A stretch of DNA of 34,661 bases, taken from positions 1 through 34,661 of the forward strand of contig JAKLZA010000333.1 in assembly GCA_030704615.1 (NCBI GenBank), written 5' to 3'. The translations under genes were made by a program, and so were the position numbers. This DNA is from Takakia lepidozioides (taxonomy: Eukaryota > Plantae > Bryophyta). Positions 12,551 through 23,300 of this stretch are shown here, in pieces; the first letter of the stretch is position 1, and every line of letters begins with the position of its first letter. The notes below the pieces were generated by a model, which worked only from the letters and a program-made list of their open reading frames with translations, searched no databases and had not been told where the DNA came from.

Positions 12551-13291
12551 TGTCGCGGCCCTTTGCCTTGAGGGCGGGGGGTCGGGACACATCAGGGGCT
12601 GCCCCTGTGGTGGGGGCAGCGGCAGCGATAGGTATGGGGGGGCTGAGGCACCCTTGAGTGCCCAAGGCACTCAGGGAAGCGGAGGCGCTCACTAGGTGGA
12701 GCCCCGCACACCGGGTTGCGGTGGGGGTGGCTCCACAAGCGGTGTTGGCTCCACAAGGTGGTGGTAGCTTAGTGGGACTTAGTGGGGGTGGCATAGGACT
12801 CACCATGGGGCGGAGACCTCGTGGTGGGAGTCGTGGGGAGTCTTGGGACTCATCACGGTCCATAGGGGCCGCGGTGAGCGGGCCAAGACTCACCGCGACT
12901 CACCACCGGGAGTCGAGGGTTTTCGTGGTGGTTCGCCATAAAATGGCATGGCTGGTTGTGGAACCCCCGCGGACAGCTACAGAAGTATATATAGGGAGTA
13001 GTAACCCCGAGAACGGTGCAAGCCCGTTGGTGACCAAAAACTAGTGAGTAAGCGAGCGAGCCGGAAAGCGACCAAAGAGTGGGGAGCTGTTCCGGACTGC
13101 CATCTACCAAAGGGAATTCTCCTAGTCACAAAGAGGTGGAGGGTTTAGAAGGAAGCGAAGGGGGGACCGTTATGTCCCGGTGAGCAGCCGAAGCTCCAAG
13201 TTGGCCCGGGCCAGGTTGGGAGTCAGGCGCGCGCATCAAAGCGAGTAACTATGACTTGAAGGGGGAGCTTACCGGAGTGAGGTGCGCGACA
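12551..13291 (+). repeat. 3' LTR (741 bp)
   Basis: Direct repeat of the 5' LTR with scattered substitutions and a short duplication (GGTGTTGGCTCCACAA); preceded by G-rich GGTAGGGGTGTG. Confidence 0.95.
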
Positions 13292-14097
13292 TAATGTTAG
13301 AGGACTGTCGGGGACTTAGACACTTATATTGGATCTATAGGGTACCCTTAATTTTTGCACAGACTGAGACCAACAGGAGCCTTAGGAGTGACAGCAGCGC
13401 ACTGTAAAGGGGGTTACACAGCGTCACAGTCGTCACAGCCGACACAGCCAACACAGCCCGTCACAGTCGTCATAGCAGACACAGCCGACACAGCCACACA
13501 GCCAGTCACAGCCCGACACAGCCAAACATAGTCGCACAGCCAGTCACAGCCCGTCACAGTTTCACACAGCCAGTCACAGCTTGACACAGCTGTCACGATC
13601 ATAGGGAACGGAGAGCAGAACATGGAACGACTGTGGGGAACAACACCTGCGAAGGGAACATGTTAGTTCACAGACGACGGTTAGTGAGGGAAACGGTTAG
13701 AACCACGGGTAGGAAGATAAAGGGAGAAGCGGGGAATTTTGGGGATGATTCGGAGGAGGACTTCTTGGTCATGGAGGAGAGGGGATCGGGCAGAGATGAA
13801 GAACGGAAGTGAAGATAGAGAGATGATGAGTAGATGCTTGATATATGCAAGGTTGTATGATATTGTAGAGCAGATTAGAGACACAATGGCTTCGGCCTGA
13901 TACCTGATAAATCATAATCGGATACTTTTACGATACAATCACACTGTGTAGAGAGATCTGAGTGAAGCTGTGGAATGAATGGATGAGTTGATGGAATCCA
14001 ATAGATTGATAAAGCAAACTGATACTTAATTATCAATGGTAAGATAGCTAACATGAATACCAAAAGGGAAACAAATAGGAAACACCCCCATGATACA
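13292..14097 (-). repeat. Possible LTR remnant of another element
   Basis: Non-coding; begins TGTATCATGGGG on the - strand at 14097; contains a simple repeat; no partner copy in the window. Confidence 0.3.
13417..13597. repeat. Degenerate short tandem repeat (CACAGCC/GTCACAGCC units)
   Basis: Many imperfect 9-11 bp units containing CACAG. Confidence 0.8.
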
Positions 14098-14510
14098 CTA
14101 GCTGTAGGTCATGACTGATTGTTCTGCGCGGGCTGAGTACTTAGAGATTTCCAACTCTTCTATCTTGGAGTTTCCGCCTCGAATAGCGAAGGGATGGGTG
14201 AGTAAAAGCCGTGCGACAACCACGAATATTGGCATGGCAGATATGACTACCAGTCACGGTCATGGCTAGACTGGAATGACGTGCACATATTGCTAGACAG
14301 ACATATGACTTCATGACTCTCACTCTAATGCATTCTGCCAGATCATCACATGGATGAATCACTACATGACTGCACGTGTCGACACATGCTTTTCTGGTTA
14401 TATATATAATATATGAGTATTTATATTTTGAAAAAACGGAGACTCTGACTACTAGAATGAATTAAAAAAAAACAAAAGAATAACAAAGTGCAAAAAGATT
14501 TAAAAAAAAA

Positions 14511-14728
14511 CACATCGGCTGGTAAGTGGCACAGTGTGTCGCCCTGGTGGTTTGGGGTTCAAACCCGCTGCCCTTATCTCGTGTGTGGGATTGTTTGTGA
14601 CGGTATGTCTGGGCGTTGATTGTCATGTAGGTCTTATGGCCCTTAAATGAAGGCGGGTGAATTTTTCCCCCTCCTCAAGGGCCTGTGGTTTCCTTTAAGA
14701 AAAAAAATAAAATAAAAAAAATAAAAAA
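14511..14728 (+). mobile_element. tRNA-derived SINE-like element
   Basis: A-box-like TGGTAAGTGG (~14520), B-box GGTTCAAACCC (~14556), ~130 bp body, A-rich tail 14700-14728, A-rich insertion site. Confidence 0.65.
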
Positions 14729-14934
14729 GGGGCTCTTAGGGTTTACAAAAAGGTTAAAAAACTTAAAAAGTTGCCCATCACGATAGCGTGAACAAACTTA
14801 GAGCAAGCGGGAGGGAGAGAGAGAGAGGGCTGGGACTTAGAGCGAGCGAGCGGGAGTGAGGGCAAACATGCATGGGAGGCCCGCAGTTGGAGCAACCTTC
14901 GCATCTGAAGCAATCAACCCTAAAAACGCTAGGG

Positions 14935-15912
14935 TATGTGTGGGAGAAAGTGCTTTCGCCAAAGTTCATGGCACATCCTTCTACGAGTGGATGGAGGATG
15001 CGGCTGGCCAACATTATGGAAAAGTGTTCCATGGATCAATGACGGCGCTTTCTCTCACATCGATGCAGGATATTCTGAACACATACAGTGGGTTCAAGGG
15101 ACTTGGAAGCATCGTAGACGTTGGAGGAGGTGTGGGAGCGTGCATGGAAATGTTGGTGAAAAAGTATCCGAGCATTCAAGCCATCAGCTTTGACCAACCC
15201 CATGTTGTGGAGCTGGCTCCTCACTTACCTGGTATCTCCGTCGCATACGTGTATTCCCTTGGTTTTTCAAGTTCACTGATTTGAAGATGTGAAATGTGCT
15301 CAATTTGTTGTCTTCCTCCTCGGAGGGTTCTTAGTTTTGTTGACTAAATCTCTTCCTTTCCCCTGCGAGGCAAAAAATAAAATAAAAATGTGCTCAATCA
15401 ATAAATGCTGCGGTAAGGATCCCCTGGATTCGACGACCACCAGTTGTGATTTGCAACATGAGTAGGAAGACTGCGGACCTCTTTGGTGTCCAACAATTCT
15501 GTACCATGTTCTGTAGTCAGGCTGGGCCTTCTTCTGGTGTTGCAGTTAGGGGGTGTTCGAACTTCGAACAAAGGACAATCCATGACGCAACGTGTATACA
15601 TATAGTCGTAAGTGGAATCAGATGTACCGGCTCTGTTGAATCGACACTGAGAAGGTTACTTGCGAAAAGAACTTCGGGTATTCAGAGCAGGATTACCATT
15701 GGAATAGTTATGAAGAGGCGGAGAGAGAAGCTGAGCTTGGACCACAATCATAACTTGATTCTACGAGTGTGACCAAAAAGCTCCTCATATTGTTCAATTT
15801 ACATAGGGCATTCTAGGGTAACCATGGGTGCGTTGTAATGGGTGCAGGAGTGAAGCTAGTCGGTGGAAACATGTTTGAGAGCGTGCCCTCTACAGATGCT
15901 ACCTTCCTGAAG
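14935..15912 (+). pseudogene. Internal fragment of a plant COMT-like O-methyltransferase gene (exons ~14935-15231 and 15848-15912)
   Basis: SIVDVGGGVG and FDQPHVV..APHLPG|GT; a 65-bp exon GVKLVGGNMFESVPSTDATFLK|GT; no N-terminal dimerisation domain or last exon found. Confidence 0.85.
15305..15385 (+). mobile_element. Short 5'-truncated non-LTR retro-insertion in the COMT intron
   Basis: 13-bp TSD AAATGTGCTCAAT at 15292-15304 and 15386-15398, with an A-rich tail. Confidence 0.7.
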
Positions 15913-16335
15913 GTTCGTTTCGCCCTTTACTCTTGGGAATTTTTATAACTAGTGCATCGAATCCATCACAATCGTTCCCGAAGTAAGAGTAGAGTACTTA
16001 TCTACATTCCAAGATCTTTGGAATCATTCCAGCTTCAACTGTACTGCTGCCATGCACATCTTTTTGCTTGTATAAGTCGTCATACATTTGTGTTGACCTC
16101 CCAAGCTTAGCTGCTGCAGGCAACCTCTGAACCTCTAACTTGAGATCCTTTCCCAGCTTGTAACGTACATGATATTAAATCAAATAGAAGTCAACTGGAA
16201 TTTGCGAGCTCTTGAAGCAAGTGACGTGACAGGGCTTAGGTTTTGGCTGGGAGCTCGCTGTTCTTGGGAGAGTCAGCTTCGTCTTAGCAGGCCGTGTTTC
16301 AATCTCTACCCGCTCGGCTCTGATTTTACAGCACG

Positions 16336-17980
16336 GAGCAGAGCTGGCATGAGTTTCTTGAAGATCCTTCACGATGGTGGGACAACCGCAATCGCAAGGT
16401 GTGGCTTTTTCTTAATGTACGATGTGAAGAAGTTTGTCCATCTTGCAAATTTGGGTTGTTGGCTCCTGTTAGTACCATGATTTGGTATTCTTCCTGATGT
16501 TTACAAGGTTCTTGGGAGAGTTAGTTTGGTCTTAGCAGGCCGTGTTTCAATCTCTGCCCACTCAGCTGTACCATGGTGGTTCTCACTGACCAATCCGACA
16601 TTACCTAACTACAGACACAAGCAGCACACACAAGAGGTCCTCTTGGGTTCATGGTCAGTCAAATCCTCCATGGGTCATGACACAAGGTCGAGGACAATGT
16701 GGTGAGGGCACCTTCTTCTTCGACCTATTTCAGCCTGTTTTGCCCTCTCATCAGACTCGGCCCTTCATTTGCAGCACGGAGCAGAGCTGGCATGAGATTT
16801 TTAAAGATCCTTCACGATGGTGCGACAACCGCAATGGCAAGGTGTGGTTTTTCCTTAATGTACGATGTGAAGAAGTTTGTCCATCCTGCAAATGTGGACT
16901 GTTGGCTCTTGTTAGTACCATGATTTGGTATTCTTCCTGATGTTTCAAGGTTCTTGGGAGAATCAGCTTGGTCTTAGCAGGCCGTGTTTCAATCTCTGCC
17001 TGCTCATCTGCACCATGCTGGTTCTCACAGACCAATCCGACATTACCTGACTACAAGACACAAGCAGTACACACAAGAGGTCCTTTTGGGTTGATGGTCG
17101 GTCAAATCCTCTATGGGTTCTTCTCCGACCTATTTCAGCTTGTTTTTCCCTCTCATCAGACTCGGCCCTGAGATGCATATTGAATTATGTAAGTTAGCTC
17201 GTTGCTCATTGATAAGTAGGGTTGGGGGTGTTTGCTGGAATGATTGATGTATGCATGATTTTGTGTAGAGGCATAGATAGCTGAAGGAGCAGGGATAGAG
17301 TGTGCTAATAAAGGCACCTTCTTCAACACATTTCACCCTGTTTTTCTCTCTTATCAAAACCGGCCCTAAATTTCAATGTCTGCAAGTTAGCTGGTTGAGT
17401 GAATCTAGTTTGGAGTGACTTTGACATGATATTGCCAATGTGACAACATGAAAGTATCGAAAAACAGTTAACGGAGATGAGGGGAAGCTGTGGAATGAAT
17501 ATTTTTCTGACCCCAGTCAATGGTGGGACAACCGAGGCAAAAAGGTAAATGCATGTTGGATTACAAAGAGTAGATGCAATTGAGAATAGGAACTAGTGTG
17601 ATAAGTTGAGTTGGGTGTTTGCTGGAACAAATGTAGGCTGTCATTATCAGCTGCTAACAGCAATGCAAGGATATATGCATGATCTGTGCAGAGGCATGGA
17701 TAGTTGAAGGAGCAAGGATAGAGTGTGGGTCCAGATCATCCAAGAGAGCCGGATTTCAAGCTCCAGATTACCGACGATTCCCTATGGAAGGATAGCTACA
17801 AGAAACCTGCATGGGTAGATGGTCATGGGTAGATGGTAGATAGTTTGGAGTGACTTTGACATGATACTGCCAAAGTGACAATAGGAAAGTATCCATAAAC
17901 AGGTAACAGAGATGAGGAGAAGCTGTGGAATGAACTTTTCTGACCCCAGTCAATGGTGGGACAACAGAGGCAAAAAGGTG
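16336..17980 (+). pseudogene. Fragments of an OSB-type (organellar ssDNA-binding) PDF-motif gene, four repeated exon/intron units
   Basis: SWHEFLEDPSRWWDNRNRK|GT (16336, variant at ~16779); KLWNEYFSDPSQWWDNRGKK|GT (~17480, ~17915); partner exons TNPTLPDYK..LWVDGRSNP.WV and HPREPDFKLQITDDSLWKDSYKKPAWV (~17737-17820). Confidence 0.75.
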
Positions 17981-18162
17981 AATGCCTGTTAGATTACAGA
18001 GAGTAGCAGACGCAATTCAGCATAGGCACTAAGACAAACTTTCCTTCCCCGTAAGGGTGTGTTTTGGTATCTGAGCGAATAAATATTTTATCTAAGAATA
18101 TAATTTCAAAATTTGTTATTAATAATGTGCCACTGTCCCCTGTTGGTCAAAAGTAATAACAA

Positions 18163-18183
18163 TTATTATTATTATTATTATTA
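18163..18183. repeat. (TTA)n microsatellite
   Basis: Perfect TTA run. Confidence 0.8.
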
Positions 18184-18599
18184 TAGTAATTATAATAACA
18201 ATAAATTAAATCCCCAACCCCCCTCCCCACAGCGACGCGTGTCAATTGATATGAGGAACCACGTGTCAAAATCGCGATGCGACACGTGCTGACGTCTGAT
18301 TCCCTCCTCTGCAGTCGGGATGGCGTCGAAGTCTGACACGTGGTGTGTTCTGTAGAGAGCACGTGTCTCTCTTACACAGCGGCTGACATGGACCCGTTCA
18401 GTCATTCAGTAAAGCCAGCGTGTATGACTACCCCCACAGCTGCTCAGGCGCCACGTCACAGCCAGGCTTGCGAGTCATATCTGCCATGCCACAACTGACT
18501 AGGGTTTTACGACTGTAGAGTCATGAAGTCGTAAATGGCTTTCATAACTGCATTTGCAATCATAACACAGAGTCGTAAAAGCCGCAATCTGTTGTAGTG

Positions 18600-20125
18600 T
18601 TAGTGGTGACTTTATATGAAGTCATGTATGACCATAAAGCCGTCAACAGCTTTGTATCCCAATCTGTTCTGTTTGCATCGACTATCTTAGCCGAGATAGT
18701 ACATAATATTTTGTTGATAGCTTCTGCCTGCCCATTACCCTGTGGGTAATAAGTTGTACTCTTCTTATGCACAATCATGAACTCTTTAGTCAAAAGTTCT
18801 ATGGTTTCATTAATGAAGTGACTTCCCTGGTCACTGATAAATTCCAGGGGACAGCCAAATCTTGTAAGTATGTTCTCATACAGGAACCTTGCTGTGGACT
18901 TAGCTGTGTTGTCCCTCAGAGCTTTAACTTCTACCCACTTTGTAGTATAATCAGTGGCTGTGATTATATACTTGTTCTGTGTATTTCTGGCTGGTGGGTT
19001 AATTGGTCCAACAAAGTCTAGTCCCCATTTCTGAAATGGTTCAGTAGGCATCGTAGGATGCAAAGCCATCTTCCCAGATCTCTGCAATGGTCCTAGCCTC
19101 TGACACTCATCACAACTCTTGCAATACTTGTGTACATCCTTGAACAATGTAGGCCACCAGTAACCTGCAAGTAGTATCTTTCTACTGGTAGTCTATTCTC
19201 CAAAATGACCTCCAGCCACTCCTTTACGAACTTCCTCCAAAACTTTATTTACTTCATGGTGGTACAAGCATCGTTTAAGTACTCCATCAGGTCCTAGCTT
19301 ATACATTCTGCCCCCTATCATAGTGTAAGGTATTGATAGCTATTCTCTTCCTCTGCTCCTTCCCATAACTAGGTGGGCACTGACCATGAGTAAGGTAGTA
19401 TCTGATTGGCCACTGCCAATCTAACCAATATCTGCACTTCCCTACACCTCTACTGCAAATAAACTCGCATCAGGTAGTTGGTCGTCTACTCCTGTGGCGG
19501 GCTCTCCTGTTGATAGGCGTGACAAGTGATCTGCCACAAGATGCAAACAGCTAGGCTTGTAAACAACTTCGAACTCAAACTCGTGCAAGATTATTAACCA
19601 CCTTGCTATCCTTCCACTTATCAAAGGCTTGTTCACTAAATAAATCAGAGCCTGATGATCCACATAAAACATAAACTTTCTTCCCAATAGATAATGCCTG
19701 AATTTCTTGACTGCATAAATCATTGCCAATGTTTTTTTTTCAGTTGTACTATAGTTCCTCTCAACACTGTTCATCAACCCGCTAGCATAATACACAGGTG
19801 AATCTATGTTTCCTGTAACATTTTGGGTTAATACTGCTCCCAATGCTTCTCCTGAGGCATCACAGTGAACATGAAATACTACATGCCAGTGAGGGTTAAT
19901 CAGCACAGATGTAGTTGTTACTGACAATGTAAGTTCCTCAAAAGCCTGTTGACATTCCGCTGTCCATGCAAACACTGAATCTTTCTTCAAAAGCTTGCTC
20001 AATGGTGATGCTATCTGTGCATACTGTCTGACAAATCTGTAATAACTGGTTTGACCAAGGAATCTCCTTAAACTCTTAACATTTACTGGTGGTGGAGAGG
20101 CTTTAATGGCCTCTATCTTCCTGGG
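18600..20125 (-). pseudogene. Decayed non-chromovirus Ty3/Gypsy pol, 3' piece (end of RT, RNase H, integrase)
   Basis: HCDASG and YVDHQAL RNase H; CKSCDEC, WGLDFVGP, ISDQGSHF, QGNGQAE integrase; stops and frameshifts. Confidence 0.9.
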
Positions 20126-20345
20126 GGGGCTGCTATTTCATGAGCGGCATGAGCATGAGCGGAAAAAAAAAAAGCATGAGCAGACCATTGTGAGTCCACG
20201 GAAATAGGGTTAGGAGGCACGGAAATAGGGTCATGTGAAGTTGGAATGTGGCACCAGTGGACTTGAAATGCAACATTTTATTGCAAATTTTGTGGCAAGC
20301 CACGTCTATACAAGTGTGTTCTAACTGTCATAGCCGGAATGGGCA

Positions 20346-23300
20346 CTACTCTCCTACACCCTCCGAGGAACTTGCCCCACCTTCTTCCTCATCCCCCTCA
20401 TCCCCCTCATCCTCCGAGCTCTGTGATGCATCAGTTCCACTATGCCTCTCAAAAATCCCGTCCTCTCCTTGGGGGACTGTCCACCTCACCTCCTGGGAAT
20501 CTTCTGCGTCTTCTCCCCCACTTTCCTCAGCAGAATCCAACACAAATCTACGAGCCCGACGGGCTCTAATAGCTGCTGCCTCCTCCCTCATCTTCATTTT
20601 CTTGAGGCTTGCCTCGTCTAAAATCTGCTGTACACGACTACGTTCGGAACACCTCCTAATGGACACCGAAGCAAGCCGGGCAGCATAAGTAGGAAGGATG
20701 TACTCCCTTTCTGGACTAGGCATGAAATCCCCCCTGGCAAAAAAAGGCACGTTCCTCCTGCCCATGAACTCCGGTGTAGACGTCCCTCCGGCAGTACTTG
20801 GCATCCTACAGTAAGAACAAATCCACTTGAAGAATGTCAATACCAGCACAACCAGAAAGGGTTTTCAATGAAATAAGAGAGCGGAGGGAGGTGCCTCACA
20901 AAATCTGGAGGCAACTTACAATGCCACCACTCACTCGTAAACCGGGGGCTCCTCGGCCTCGATCCCAACTTCCTCCCCCTGCTCCTTCTCGGATTTTTCC
21001 TCATCCTCCGAGGATGCCTCTTCCTCTTTCGGCAGACGTTCAGCCGCTGCAAGTTCCGAGTTGTGGAGGGCAGTATCTGGCTCGAAGGCGAACACATGCC
21101 TGTCGGACAACGTCCCTGCCCACATTGAAGCACCTGAGGAACAAAGCGGGCGGTTAATAGCTTGCGGCATGCAATTGCAATGGGGCCAGGGGACAAACTG
21201 AGCACGTGAAGGCTTACCCGTGCCGCATGTGAGGTCCAGAATCCGCCCTTGGACATCCGAGCACGTCTCCATGAGGGTTTGGATGAAAGCAGGGCTCCGG
21301 GTCCGGCTGTACCGCCACGGTTTGCCTGTCTTTGTGTCCTTCGGCATACTAGAGTGGGGCACATAGTTGTAGAGGACATCGTAGGTTACAGGGTCCACAG
21401 CGGCATCAACAAGACGACCGTCGTTGCGGAATTTGAACGTAGACCCTCTCTTCACAAAGCAATATGCCTCAAACACCAATGTCTGCACATCCAACAAAGA
21501 AGGGATCAATTCCAAGGTCTACTTAACATACACCACAATATGAAGTGAATGCAATAGATTGATAACTTACACTTTGGCCCTCTGTTCGCAACCCCTGCGT
21601 ACTGATGCAGAACCATTTTCTGAGGAGGACCGGGGTGACACTTTTCGGTGTCCACCTTGCCACCGCATTCTCTGTGGTCTTCCCTCTCGTGGCAAGGACA
21701 ACCACACATCCACCGTCATCCAGAAGCATCCCCGCCAGCCCAAACCCGGCTTTCCAGTAGTCCTCAGTAAACCTGTTCCAGGTGGGCACACCATCCAGGC
21801 CCTCCAGCAGCTCCCCATCTGGAATGTCGAGGAGAATCATGTCGCAAGCTCTCTCCACCTCAACCCCCCCCCCCCGAGTGCTCTTGCAATTCGTGCTCAC
21901 AGCCGTGAAGAATTCCATCATGGCTTCAAAACCAGGGGTGTCTTTAGGCTCTGTACCGGCAGCCCTCTTCTTGGCTTTCCCCTTCTGCTCCGCCAGAGAC
22001 TTGTTGTGTGCCACCTTCTTCGCCCTGGCAGCGAGAGCGTCAAGGAAGCTCTCATTGACGCATTGGATGATGGTTGGAGGTTCTAGCTTTGGCCTGTGCG
22101 TAAACGTCACCGCCGAATACCGCCGTGTAGGCTCGCCCTCAAATGCCAACTTCTTGGCAGAGCCAGTCCCACTCCGAACTGACTTGGGAACCCGGACGAC
22201 CGGTGACTGGGTAGGAGCAACAGCAGTCGCAGGACCTTGAACAAAATCGGCGTCGGAGTCACTCTCTTGGGTCCCCTCCTGCGCCTCCTCCGATGCCCCG
22301 ATGGTTTTCTTCTTTTTGGGTGTTACTGCAGTCACCTGTTTCCTTGTCCTTTTCCTTTGACCTTTACTCTTCTCATGCAATTTCTCCTGAATTCCTGCCT
22401 GAGCAAGCTCTGCCGCTTTCCTGGAGTTCGCAAGCGCTTTTGCCTCTTTTGCACCCAACGGAGGCAGCGGAGCCCGATTTCGTCGGAATTCAGCATCCAG
22501 CTTCAATTGAAACTCGGATGGGTCGAGCGAGCCGGGCGGAAGGTCCACATACCAAGGGCAATCACGCAAATGTTCCAGATGCCACTCCTTCACAATATCG
22601 TCAGTGTACATGGAGTCAGCCCCAGGGTTCCTCCATGCCAGGAAGAATGGTGGCTCGAAAGACAGATGACCTTTCTCCAAAAGCGAGAACTTACAGTACC
22701 TGCATTCATGAAAAACACAATGAGGTCCGAAAATGGCTAAGTCCCTGAACGGCAATAGGGCCTACAACTGGAATATGGCGCCGAATTCCACTTCAGGGCC
22801 ACCCAGTCTAGGGACTTAGCCCGAAAATGGCTAAGTCCCTGGACGGCAATAGGGCCTGGAACTGGAAAACGGCGCCGAATTTCCAGTTCCGGGCCAGCCA
22901 CCCTAGGGACTTAGACCGAAAATGGCTAAGTCCCTGGACGGCAATAGGGCCTAGAACTGGAAAACGGCGCCGAATTTCCAGTTCCGGGCCAGCCACCCTA
23001 GGGACTTAGACCGAAAATGGCTAAGTCCCTGGACGGCAATAGGGCCTGGAACTGGAATATGGCGCCGAATTTCCACTTCAGGGCCAGCCAGTCTAGGGAC
23101 TTAGCCCGAAAATGGCTAAGTCCCTGGACGGCAATAGGGCCTAGAACTGGAAAACGGCGCCGAATTTCCAGTTCCGGCCAGCCACCCTAGGGACTTAGCC
23201 CGAAATGGCTAAGTCCCTGGACGGCAATAGGGCCTAGAACTGGAAAACGGCGCCGAATTTCCAGTTCCGGGCCAGCCACACTAGGGACTTAGGCCGAAAA

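Larger units (their letters stand above)
6308..13291 (+). mobile_element. Ty3/Gypsy chromovirus LTR retrotransposon (Galadriel-like), near full length
   Basis: Two similar LTRs TGTCGC...GCGACA, PBS-Met, gag-PR-RT-RH-INT-chromodomain order; HEKEM motif in RNase H. Confidence 0.95.
14098..18599. mobile_element. Probable non-autonomous CACTA element with captured gene fragments; left terminus not seen
   Basis: Right end TCTGTTGTAGTG (reverse complement CACTACAACAGA) at 18599 truncates an integrase. Exact inverted motifs are shared by both ends: GGCATGGCAGATATGACT at 14231/18473 and GACTTCATGACTCT at 14307/18517. Confidence 0.6.

Noticed and set aside
13295-14053. Solo LTR TGTTAG...CTAACA
   Set aside because: Only a 6-bp inverted match, with no matching TSD.
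14096-14102. CACTAG as the left CACTA terminus
   Set aside because: It does not match the right TIR (CACTACAACAGA) beyond 5 bp and no 3-bp TSD matches.
14511-14580. tRNA gene
   Set aside because: No convincing cloverleaf, and it is followed by a body and poly(A) tail, so it fits a SINE better.
16350-16380. FLKILHDG as the missing last COMT exon (WILHDW)
   Set aside because: No downstream OMT motifs follow; another frame gives the better WWDNRxxK motif followed by a splice donor, repeated four times.
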